Assembly: GCA_024644655.1 (NCBI GenBank)
Contig: JAHEHJ010000009.1
Coordinates: forward strand, 6,098 to 70,097
DNA length: 64,000 nucleotides
Direction of reading: 5' to 3'
DNA from: Flavobacterium sp.
Lineage (GTDB): Bacteria > Bacteroidota > Bacteroidia > Flavobacteriales > Flavobacteriaceae
Shown here: positions 19,118 through 27,211 of the stretch, piece by piece
Numbering within the stretch: position 1 is the stretch's first letter
Layout: each line of letters opens with the position of its first letter
The notes under the pieces: generated by a model
The model's database searches: none
What the model saw: only the letters and a program-made list of their open reading frames with translations
What the model was told of the DNA's origin: nothing
Made by a program: the position numbers and the translations under genes

Positions 19118-20650
19118 TTACTCTTTGGGGTATAATTTTACAAAGCCGCCTTTGTTTTCATTCCGTTGGAGTGATTGTTCAACAATGAGAAGAGCCACGG
19201 TCACCATATTTTTTAATTCGTAAAACGCTTTGTTTATTTGGTAGGTTTGTTGCATTATGGTCAATTCATGCTCCCATTGATTCAATTGTGATTGAGCAAC
19301 CGTTAAATCGGCATCATTTCTAACGATACCTGCATTTTTTTGCATGAGGAGTTGAAGCAATCCTTTTCTATCATCAACGAAACGGGGTGGTAAAGGATCC
19401 TTTCCATGATGGTATCCCAGTATATTTTTCAAATCTTGTGACACAGAGACTTCGTAATGATGAGCTAGGTATTCGTAAATTGTATTGGAATAGACCAGAG
19501 CTTCTAAAAGCGAATTGGACGCCAATCGATTGGCTCCATGAAGACCAGTTTGGCTGCATTCACCACAAGCGAATAAGCGCTGGATGGAGGTTTGACCTTT
19601 TTTATCAACCGAAATCCCTCCACATAAATAATGTTGGGCTGGAATTACTGGAATCCAATCTTTTGCTAAGTCGATACCCAATATTTTACAATGTTCGTGA
19701 ATCATGGGAAAGTGTTTGATAAAAGCGGGCATATCAAGGTGAGAGCAATCTAGGAATACACTATCATCTCCCGATTTTTTCAATTCGGTAGCGATACTTT
19801 GAGAGACAATGTCGCGGGAAGCCAAATCACCTCTTTCGTCGTAGCGCAGCATGAATCGATCACCGTTTTTTGTTCGCAAATAGGCCCCAAAACCCCTCAC
19901 TGCTTCAGAGATTAAGAAGGTGGTTCGCAGTTCTTTACTGTATAAAGCTGTAGGATGGAATTGAATGAATTCCATATCTTTGGTTTGGGCGTTGGCGCGT
20001 CGTGCCATTGCAATGCCATCACCTGTTGCCACTATAGGATTGGTTGTATGACCGTATATTTGACCGATACCACCAGTGGCTAGAAGTGTATAATCGGATT
20101 GCAACATAAACACCGTATTGGTTCTTTCTTGCAACACATAAGCTCCGAGGCATTGATTCTCATTTGTAATAAGTTCTAGGGCAAAATGATAATCGAGCAC
20201 TTCAATATTAGGCTTGCTATGTGCTTGCACCAAAATGGTTCTTTCGATTTCATAACCCGTTTGATCTTTATGGTGCACTACCCTATTATAGGAATGTCCA
20301 CCTTCTCTTCCGAGGTCAAGATTTCCTTCTGAGTTTTTATCAAATTTGGCTCCCCATTCTATCAATTCATGCAATCGTTTGGGGCCTTCAGTAACCACCA
20401 TTTCAACCACAGCTTCATCACACAATCCATCACCACATATCAATGTATCTTCGATATGTTTTTTAAAATTATCCTCGATTTGGTTCATTACTACTGCAAT
20501 ACCTCCTTGAGCGTACTTGGTATTGGATTCCTCTACGTTGGATTTGGTTACAATTGTTATTTTTTTATCGGGATAGCGTTCGGCCATTTTAATGGCGAAT
20601 GTTAGACCTGCCACACCCGAACCTATCACTAAAAAATGAGTATGTTTCAT
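19118..20650 (-). CDS. nadB: L-aspartate oxidase
   Basis: GSGVAG, YAQGGIA, REGGHS, EFIQFHPT, LISEAVRG, GLHGANRLASNSLLE. Confidence 0.96.
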   Translation of the reverse strand: MKHTHFLVIGSGVAGLTFAIKMAERYPDKKITIVTKSNVEESNTKYAQGGIAVVMNQIEDNFKKHIEDTLICGDGLCDEAVVEMVVTEGPKRLHELIEWGAKFDKNSEGNLDLGREGGHSYNRVVHHKDQTGYEIERTILVQAHSKPNIEVLDYHFALELITNENQCLGAYVLQERTNTVFMLQSDYTLLATGGIGQIYGHTTNPIVATGDGIAMARRANAQTKDMEFIQFHPTALYSKELRTTFLISEAVRGFGAYLRTKNGDRFMLRYDERGDLASRDIVSQSIATELKKSGDDSVFLDCSHLDMPAFIKHFPMIHEHCKILGIDLAKDWIPVIPAQHYLCGGISVDKKGQTSIQRLFACGECSQTGLHGANRLASNSLLEALVYSNTIYEYLAHHYEVSVSQDLKNILGYHHGKDPLPPRFVDDRKGLLQLLMQKNAGIVRNDADLTVAQSQLNQWEHELTIMQQTYQINKAFYELKNMVTVALLIVEQSLQRNENKGGFVKLYPKE

Positions 20651-21579
20651 TATTTTGAGAGTTCAAGCATCCGTTCTATTGGCAAAAGTGCCCGTTGACC
20701 AATTTCAATTGGAACTATAATTTCGGGAGATTCAGTTGCTAAGCAATCGTATACTTTTTGGAGTGTATTCATTTTCATATACCCACATTCGCTGCAAGCA
20801 CAGGTATTATTTTCTACAGCGGGTGCTGGAATAATTATTTTATGGGGAACTGCTTGTTGCATTTTATACAGAATTCCCGCTTCGGTAGCCACAATAAATT
20901 TGGTATGGGGACTTTCTACAACATGTTGAATCATACCGGCTGTTGAGCCAATATAACTAGCGGTTTCTAATATATGTGTTTCCGATTCGGGATGTGCGAT
21001 GATTTTGGCATCGGGATGTTCACGATGTAAGGCTAGTAATTTATCAAATGAAAAGGCCTCGTGAACGATACATGAGCCATCCCATAGGAGCATATCTCTA
21101 CCTGTTTTTTGGGAAATGTATTTGCCTAGATTTCTATCGGGGGCAAAAATGATAGGTGTTTCTTTAGGTACCGATTCCACTATTTTCAGGGCGTTGGAAG
21201 AAGTACAAACGATATCGCTTAAGGCTTTTATTTCGGCAGAGCAATTCACATAGGTTATAACTATGTGATTGGGATGTGCTTCAATAAATTTTTTAAACAA
21301 TTCGGGAGGACATGAATCGGCTAAAGAGCAACCAGCCTTTAAATCGGGGAGAATTACTTTTTTGGATGGGTTGAGTATTTTAGCTGTTTCCGCCATAAAA
21401 TGAACCCCGGCAAAGAGAATAATATCGGCATCAACTTTCTCAGCTACTTGAGACAAACCCAGGCTATCCCCTACATAATCTGCAATTTCTTGGATGTCAT
21501 CATGTTGGTAATAATGCGCTAGAATTACCGCATTTTTTTCATTTTTTAATTGGAGGATTTTATCTTTTAGCACCATCAT
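20650..21579 (-). CDS. nadA: quinolinate synthase ([4Fe-4S])
   Basis: [40 protein letters not shown], CxxM. Confidence 0.97.
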   Translation of the reverse strand: MMVLKDKILQLKNEKNAVILAHYYQHDDIQEIADYVGDSLGLSQVAEKVDADIILFAGVHFMAETAKILNPSKKVILPDLKAGCSLADSCPPELFKKFIEAHPNHIVITYVNCSAEIKALSDIVCTSSNALKIVESVPKETPIIFAPDRNLGKYISQKTGRDMLLWDGSCIVHEAFSFDKLLALHREHPDAKIIAHPESETHILETASYIGSTAGMIQHVVESPHTKFIVATEAGILYKMQQAVPHKIIIPAPAVENNTCACSECGYMKMNTLQKVYDCLATESPEIIVPIEIGQRALLPIERMLELSK

Positions 21580-21643
21580 TATTTCAAGTTCAAACCTATA
21601 GAATTAAAGGCCACAAAATAACGAATGAAATGGAATATAATAT

Positions 21644-21660
21644 ATGATTTTAATCATGTT
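21644..21660. promoter_or_regulatory. FNR/CRP-family-like site in the nadA / RIC divergent promoter
   Basis: ATGATtttaATCAT; 21645-21660 is the exact reverse complement of 27079-27094. Confidence 0.7.
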
Positions 21661-21706
21661 CTGTTATTTTTTACTTGAGTAATATTGAGATTAATTTTTT
21701 AGAAAA

Positions 21707-22318
21707 ATGAAGTTGAATGATGTGTTTACTTTAAATCAAGCTGTCACTAAAACAGGCTGCCAAAACTTACCTTCGGAATCAATTACAGATACTAAATTTC
21801 TCTGCTGGGATGCCAGCGAATTAATTTCCTATATATTAACACAGCATCATCTTTATGTAGTAGAAAAAGTCCCTGTACTTAATTACTTGCTTGATCAGCT
21901 TTATGAAAAAGAAGGCAAAGGAAATAGAGCAATTGAAAATTTGCACACATTATTCAAAATCAGTTCCATCTCATTATTGCATCATTTAAAAAAAGAAGAG
22001 AACATTTTGTTTCCTCACATTTTGGCAATGGAAATTGCATTAAAAGAGCGACAAAACATGCCCCTTCCTTCATTTGGCTCGGTTGACAATCCCATTTTAG
22101 TTTTAACTCAAGATCACGAAAATGAGAGTTCATTATTTACAACCATATCCGAATTAACCCATCAGTATACCCCGCCTCAAGATGCGAGCGACCTTCAGCT
22201 TGCCACCTACTCCCTTTTACAAGAATTTGAACAAAATTTAAAGCAGCATATACATTTGGAAGACCATTTGCTTTTTCCAAAAGCGAAAGAATTAGAATGC
22301 TGTTTTACGCTTGTTTAG
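21707..22318 (+). CDS. hemerythrin-like di-iron protein, RIC/YtfE/ScdA family, lacking the N-terminal ScdA_N domain
   Basis: HHLY, HLKKEENILFP, DHE and HIHLEDHLLFP iron-ligand motifs. Confidence 0.88.
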   Translation: MKLNDVFTLNQAVTKTGCQNLPSESITDTKFLCWDASELISYILTQHHLYVVEKVPVLNYLLDQLYEKEGKGNRAIENLHTLFKISSISLLHHLKKEENILFPHILAMEIALKERQNMPLPSFGSVDNPILVLTQDHENESSLFTTISELTHQYTPPQDASDLQLATYSLLQEFEQNLKQHIHLEDHLLFPKAKELECCFTLV

Positions 22319-22344
22319 CAAACAATATAATAAACCTTAAGGCT

Positions 22345-24459
22345 ATGGAAAAATATGTAATTAAAAGAAACGGAGTATATAAATTATTTGAAAGTTACAA
22401 GATAAAGGATGCTCTATTAAAGAGTTTTGATAGTGTAGGAATCCCATTTGAAGAAAGTGTTTTTGATATGGTGATGGGGTTGTTAGAAAGTAAAGAAACT
22501 TGGGCTGTTGAAGAGATTCAAGATTTAATCGAAAACACCTTATTTGAAAAAGGGCAGTTTAATGTGATGCGATCATTTATGTTGTATCGTCACACTCGAA
22601 AATTACAACGGGAACATATCCAAGGATTAAATGACGACACCACTTATGTAGACAGCACACAGACTATTGAAGAATATATTAGTCAAACAGATTGGCGTAT
22701 CAATGCCAATGCCAATACCTCCTATTCCAATGCGGGATTAGTCAATAATGTGGCGGGTAAAATTATTGCCAATTATTGGTTGGATAAGGTCTATACCCAA
22801 GAAGAGGGTTATGCCCATCGAAATGGCGATATTCACATTCACGATTTAGATTGTCTTACTGGGTATTGTGCGGGATGGAGTTTGCGCGTATTGTTGAATG
22901 ATGGTTTTAATGGTGTTCGAGGACGAGTGGAGAGCAAAGCTCCTTCTCATTTTAGAGAGGCATTAGGACAGATGGCTAACTTTCTTGGTATTTTACAAAG
23001 CGAATGGGCTGGAGCACAAGCTTTCAGTTCGTTTGACACCTACTTAGCTCCTTATGTTTTTAAAGACAACTTAACGTATAGCGATGTTTTAAAAGCGGTA
23101 CGCAGTTTTGTGTATAATTTAAATGTCCCTGCGCGATGGGGGCAGTCTCCCTTTACTAATATTACTTTAGACTGGGTTGTTCCTGCTGATTTAAAAGAGC
23201 AAGTACCGACGAAGAATGACAGACATCTTTTTAGCAACAACGCCAATCCCGATTTACTGATTCGGGCTCAAGGGCGTGGTGTAGGCACTGTAGAAGAGCT
23301 GCGATATGAGCATTTCCAAACCGAAATGAACCTCATCAATAAAGCGTATTATACCGTGATGACTGAGGGTGATGCTAATGGGCAGCCCTTTACCTTTCCT
23401 ATTCCTACGGTCAACATCACCGAAGATTTTGATTGGGATGGGGAAAACACCGAATTATTATTTGAAAACACAGCCAAGATAGGTTCTTCCTATTTTCAGA
23501 ATTTTATAGGCAGTCAGTATGTTTTGGATACAGAAGGCAATCGAGTAGAGAATCCCAATGCCTATAAACCCAATGCGGTACGCAGTATGTGTTGCCGTTT
23601 GCAATTGGATTTAAGGGAATTATTAAAACGAGGCAATGGATTGTTTGGCAGTGCTGAAATGACCGGAAGTATTGGAGTAGTTACTTTAAATATGGCTCGT
23701 TTGGGATATATCTATAAAAATGACAAAGTAGGATTAATGGCAAAACTCGACCAGTTGATGGAGCTTTCCAAATCAACTTTAGAAAAGAAACGCAAGTTTA
23801 TCCAAGAAATGTATGATCGAGGTTTATATCCTTACACGAAACGGTATTTGCCTCATTTTAGAAATCATTTTTCTACTATTGGGGTGAATGGGATGAACGA
23901 GATGGTTCGTAATTTCACAGAAGATCAAGAGGACATCACTACCCCTTTTGGGTCTGAATTTTGCATGGACCTATTAGATCATATTCGGGATCGCATGAAA
24001 ACCTTTCAAGAAGAAACAGGGAATTTATACAATTTAGAAGCTACACCTGCCGAAGGAACTACGTATCGATTTGCGAAAGAAGACAGAAAGCGATTTCCTG
24101 AAATACTTCAAGCGGGAATGGATGATAATGTGTATTACACCAATAGTTCTCAAATTCCGGTGGATTATACACAAGATCCTTTTGAAGCCTTGTTAATGCA
24201 AGATGCTATGCAATGTAAATATACAGGAGGTACTGTATTGCACTTGTATATGAATGAAAGAATAAGCTCTTCTGAAGCTTGTAAAAACTTTGTGAAGACC
24301 GTACTTTCTAACTTCAAGTTACCTTATATCACTATTACACCCGTATTTAGTGTATGTCCGGTGCACGGTTATTTGAATGGGGAGCATGAATATTGTCCAA
24401 AATGTGATGCTGAAATTATCGAAAAACAAAACAACACTACGTATGAAAACCAAAACTAA
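22345..24459 (+). CDS. nrdD: anaerobic (class III) ribonucleoside-triphosphate reductase, large part without the glycyl-radical motif
   Basis: ATP-cone VIKRNG, IHIHDL, GYCAGW, RSMCCRL finger loop, LEATPAE, YYTNS, CPVH..CPKC Zn site, then stop. Confidence 0.93.
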   Translation: MEKYVIKRNGVYKLFESYKIKDALLKSFDSVGIPFEESVFDMVMGLLESKETWAVEEIQDLIENTLFEKGQFNVMRSFMLYRHTRKLQREHIQGLNDDTTYVDSTQTIEEYISQTDWRINANANTSYSNAGLVNNVAGKIIANYWLDKVYTQEEGYAHRNGDIHIHDLDCLTGYCAGWSLRVLLNDGFNGVRGRVESKAPSHFREALGQMANFLGILQSEWAGAQAFSSFDTYLAPYVFKDNLTYSDVLKAVRSFVYNLNVPARWGQSPFTNITLDWVVPADLKEQVPTKNDRHLFSNNANPDLLIRAQGRGVGTVEELRYEHFQTEMNLINKAYYTVMTEGDANGQPFTFPIPTVNITEDFDWDGENTELLFENTAKIGSSYFQNFIGSQYVLDTEGNRVENPNAYKPNAVRSMCCRLQLDLRELLKRGNGLFGSAEMTGSIGVVTLNMARLGYIYKNDKVGLMAKLDQLMELSKSTLEKKRKFIQEMYDRGLYPYTKRYLPHFRNHFSTIGVNGMNEMVRNFTEDQEDITTPFGSEFCMDLLDHIRDRMKTFQEETGNLYNLEATPAEGTTYRFAKEDRKRFPEILQAGMDDNVYYTNSSQIPVDYTQDPFEALLMQDAMQCKYTGGTVLHLYMNERISSSEACKNFVKTVLSNFKLPYITITPVFSVCPVHGYLNGEHEYCPKCDAEIIEKQNNTTYENQN

Positions 24460-24613
24460 CACCACTAGTATCTTAGAGCAAAATCAACATTTACGTACCA
24501 AATGTTTGGTTTACACACGCGTAATGGGCTACCATCGCCCGATTGAAAGTTTTAATATTGGAAAAAAGGGGGAGCACAAGCAACGATTGTTTTTTAAAGA
24601 ATGTAAGTGTTAG
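24443..24613 (+). CDS. stand-alone NrdD C-terminal glycyl-radical domain (56 aa)
   Basis: MKTKTNTTSILEQNQHLRTKCLVYTRVMGYHRPIESFNIGKKGEHKQRLFFKECKC carries RVMGY and FNxGKxxE; own ATG overlapping the nrdD end. Confidence 0.88.
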   Translation: MKTKTNTTSILEQNQHLRTKCLVYTRVMGYHRPIESFNIGKKGEHKQRLFFKECKC

Positions 24614-25284
24614 GCCGACCCATATCATATATTACCCCTTTTACACTTTTAGATTATCCGCATAAATCGGCTTGTATCCTTTGGTATGCTGGTTGTAATA
24701 TGCGTTGTGACTATTGTTATAATCCAGAGGTAGTTTTGGGTAAGGGAACTATTTCCTTTGAAGAGGTGCTTATCTTTTTAAAAAAGAGAATTGGATTATT
24801 GGAAGGTGTAGTTTTTAGTGGAGGAGAGTGTTTATTACATAAAACTATAGTGGCTCAGATTCGGGCCATAAAAGAATTGGGGTTTCACATTAAAATTGAC
24901 ACCAACGGTTCAAAACCAGACCTAATAGCCCAATTACTAGAGGAAAAATTAGTGGATTATGTAGCCTTAGATTTTAAAGCTTTGGAAGACCAGTACCAAC
25001 GGGTAACCCATTCGGATTTGTTTTCTTCTTTTGAGACCACTTTGCAACTATTGCTTCATTCTCATGTTCCTTTTGAAGTACGAACCACTTATCATTCTGA
25101 ATTGGTATCAGCAGACCAGGTAAAATTGATGCTCCATTATCTAGAATGTAACGGATACACAGGCACGTATTACTTACAAGCCTATAGAAATCAGAGTGAA
25201 ACTTTGGCTGAATTACCCTATTCTCATCCCATTCCGTTTCAAAAGCTACAAGAGGCAACATCCATTAATTTGGTTTGTCGATAG
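24607..25284 (+). CDS. nrdG: class III RNR activating enzyme (radical SAM)
   Basis: GCNMRCDYCYN (CxxxCxxC), VVFSGGE, KIDTNG, EVRTT; follows nrdD. Confidence 0.93.
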   Translation: MLGRPISYITPFTLLDYPHKSACILWYAGCNMRCDYCYNPEVVLGKGTISFEEVLIFLKKRIGLLEGVVFSGGECLLHKTIVAQIRAIKELGFHIKIDTNGSKPDLIAQLLEEKLVDYVALDFKALEDQYQRVTHSDLFSSFETTLQLLLHSHVPFEVRTTYHSELVSADQVKLMLHYLECNGYTGTYYLQAYRNQSETLAELPYSHPIPFQKLQEATSINLVCR

Positions 25285-26602
25285 TTTTAAGTAGTGCATT
25301 TAGTTTCAATAGCAATTCAACAGCATATCCTGACAATCCTATTAGTATCCCTATTCCAAAAAGGACAAACGCTATATATATTCCTTGCATAGCCTCTTGA
25401 AACTGGCTGAATAGTACAGAGGGGGTACTGTAGGCCCAATATCCTTTCTTGACCCCCATAATGAGCAGTATTACCCAAAACCCTATAAAAGAGCCATTAG
25501 CCAGCAGTAGCCATCGTTTCAATCGGCGTATATTCAATTTGATATTTGCATTCGATTCTATGATATAGGTAATGGAAGCTAACAATATAAAAGTATTTAT
25601 ACCAATAGTGGTACCCATAGAGTGAGCCACGGTGATATGCGTTCCGTGGGTGAACAAATTAATAGACGGAATAGAAATAAGTAAGGCTAAAAACAGATTT
25701 AGGAACACCCATACATCTGCTAAGATTAGCAACATATAGGCCAAGCTATGTTGTTTTTTTTGAGGTTCGGACAGTTTGTTTTTCCAATCCCTAATAATGG
25801 AAAAAAGCACCACCCATTCGGTCATACTAATGGCATAAGCTACGTAGCGAATCCAAGGAGTTGTGGGGACTACATAAATATGATGCGCCCAACCGAACAT
25901 TAAATTGGTTAATCCTAAAAAATAGAAAAAGAAAGCTTTTTTAGACGTTGCATAGGAGTCGTCTTGGTTTATTTTGGCCATTACAAACAAGGCAGTCCCA
26001 TAGACCAACATGTTCCAAGAGCCTACATAAGAGCCTCCTGCTTTCCATTGCATGGCGAGATTTTGAATGTAATGACTCCTGAAATAGGGAAGCATCCAAA
26101 GATGAGCTTCGGTAAAGTGATAAATCATAAACCCAATTCCGGTAGCCCACATCCAATAGTAAGCTGGCCAAGATTTAAATTGAAAGGCTAACGATTTATA
26201 GTAATTGATTCCGAAAGCAACCCAACCAAGGACAATTGGGAAGTAAAAATAACTTGGGAATTCGAGGTATTCTTTTCCACCAAAATCTTGACGGAAATAG
26301 GAAATGGCAATACCGACACCTGTTAGCACAAAAATCCAAAAATGGGCTTTTACTAGAATAGGATACCGAATTGTTAGTTGGTTTTCTGAATTTATATAAT
26401 AATAGATTCCTCCAATGGCTGCTAATAGTATCCAAGAAACAACAAATAAAGTATGAAGTGGTCTTAGTACTGTAAAGGGTAAAAATTCTTTGCAAAAATC
26501 GGGGAGTATATATTGTAAGCCCCCTACTAAACCGAATAAAAGTCCGCCTACTAAAGAAAGTAATGCAACTATACTAAAATACAAGGGATATTTATTTTTC
26601 AT
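25265..26602 (-). CDS. heme-copper oxidase superfamily subunit I, NorB-like, with non-canonical active site
   Basis: GLQY, PF...R..HT, GKEYLE, GWAHH, SMTE and THGTHITVAH align to cNOR NorB; the helix-VI His/Glu and the second helix-X His are substituted. Confidence 0.85.
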   Translation of the reverse strand: MKNKYPLYFSIVALLSLVGGLLFGLVGGLQYILPDFCKEFLPFTVLRPLHTLFVVSWILLAAIGGIYYYINSENQLTIRYPILVKAHFWIFVLTGVGIAISYFRQDFGGKEYLEFPSYFYFPIVLGWVAFGINYYKSLAFQFKSWPAYYWMWATGIGFMIYHFTEAHLWMLPYFRSHYIQNLAMQWKAGGSYVGSWNMLVYGTALFVMAKINQDDSYATSKKAFFFYFLGLTNLMFGWAHHIYVVPTTPWIRYVAYAISMTEWVVLFSIIRDWKNKLSEPQKKQHSLAYMLLILADVWVFLNLFLALLISIPSINLFTHGTHITVAHSMGTTIGINTFILLASITYIIESNANIKLNIRRLKRWLLLANGSFIGFWVILLIMGVKKGYWAYSTPSVLFSQFQEAMQGIYIAFVLFGIGILIGLSGYAVELLLKLNALLKTIDKPN

Positions 26603-27023
26603 CGTGACTGTTTTTATAGTGTAGCACCACCCACCCATTGGTTTTTATTTTTGCCGATGTATTGGGGAAATACCCTGTTTGGCTTACTTCTTTGAGAAAT
26701 TGAACCAGAGCGTTATTTTCGAATTCATTCAGTTTAAATTTTGGCATGGCTTTAACCCCACTTATTGCCATTGCTTTAATAAATCCGGGGCCTTTTTTTT
26801 CGTACTCGTTGGTAAGATCGGGGCCTAAATATCCCCCTAGACCATATAATTGATGGCATGCATTGCAATTATTATGCAACCACACCCTTTCCCCTTTCAG
26901 GGCTAAAGGAGTAAGTCGTATCGTTCCATAATTAGATTTATTGGTATAGAGGAAATAATTATATACCAGGAAAACTGTGATTAATGCTAGTATTATCAAA
27001 AGATACTTCTTGGATTGATCCAT
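26592..27023 (-). CDS. NorC-like membrane-anchored monoheme cytochrome c
   Basis: N-terminal TM, CNACH, GYLGPDLT, AMPKF (axial Met); overlaps the NorB-like start. Confidence 0.88.
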   Translation of the reverse strand: MDQSKKYLLIILALITVFLVYNYFLYTNKSNYGTIRLTPLALKGERVWLHNNCNACHQLYGLGGYLGPDLTNEYEKKGPGFIKAMAISGVKAMPKFKLNEFENNALVQFLKEVSQTGYFPNTSAKIKTNGWVVLHYKNSHDEK

Positions 27024-27078
27024 GCCAAAAAAGGTTATAGAAATAAAGCTATAAAATGAGTGAATTCCTTTTAGTTAA

Positions 27079-27095
27079 AACATGATTAAAATCAC
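27079..27095. promoter_or_regulatory. FNR/CRP-family-like site upstream of the norC-like gene
   Basis: aacATGATtaaaATCAc; 16-bp identity (inverted) with 21645-21660. Confidence 0.7.
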
Positions 27096-27162
27096 ATTAT
27101 GAAGAAACTCTTGAAAAAAATGAAGGCCAGTAGTCTACCTTAGATAGCTTAGCATTTAAAAC

Positions 27163-27188
27163 AAAAAAAGCGCGTTTCAACGCGCTTT
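27163..27188 (-). terminator. intrinsic terminator
   Basis: aaagcgcgtt-tc-aacgcgcttt stem with T-tract on the - strand, after the 27212 gene. Confidence 0.8.
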
Positions 27189-27211
27189 ATCTTTTTATGG
27201 GACCAATCGAA

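Noticed and set aside
22297-24613. nrdD as a simple pseudogene
   Set aside because: Both parts keep all catalytic motifs and the small ORF has its own coupled ATG; an assembly indel remains possible and is listed as a test
25265-26638. cbb3 oxidase ccoN or canonical norB
   Set aside because: It lacks the helix-VI His and other canonical ligands, and no ccoOQP or norQD is adjacent, so no gene symbol was assigned
21645-27094. 16-bp inverted repeats as transposon terminal repeats
   Set aside because: No transposase inside, no evident target-site duplication, and each copy is itself a TF-type palindrome at promoter distance from an ATG
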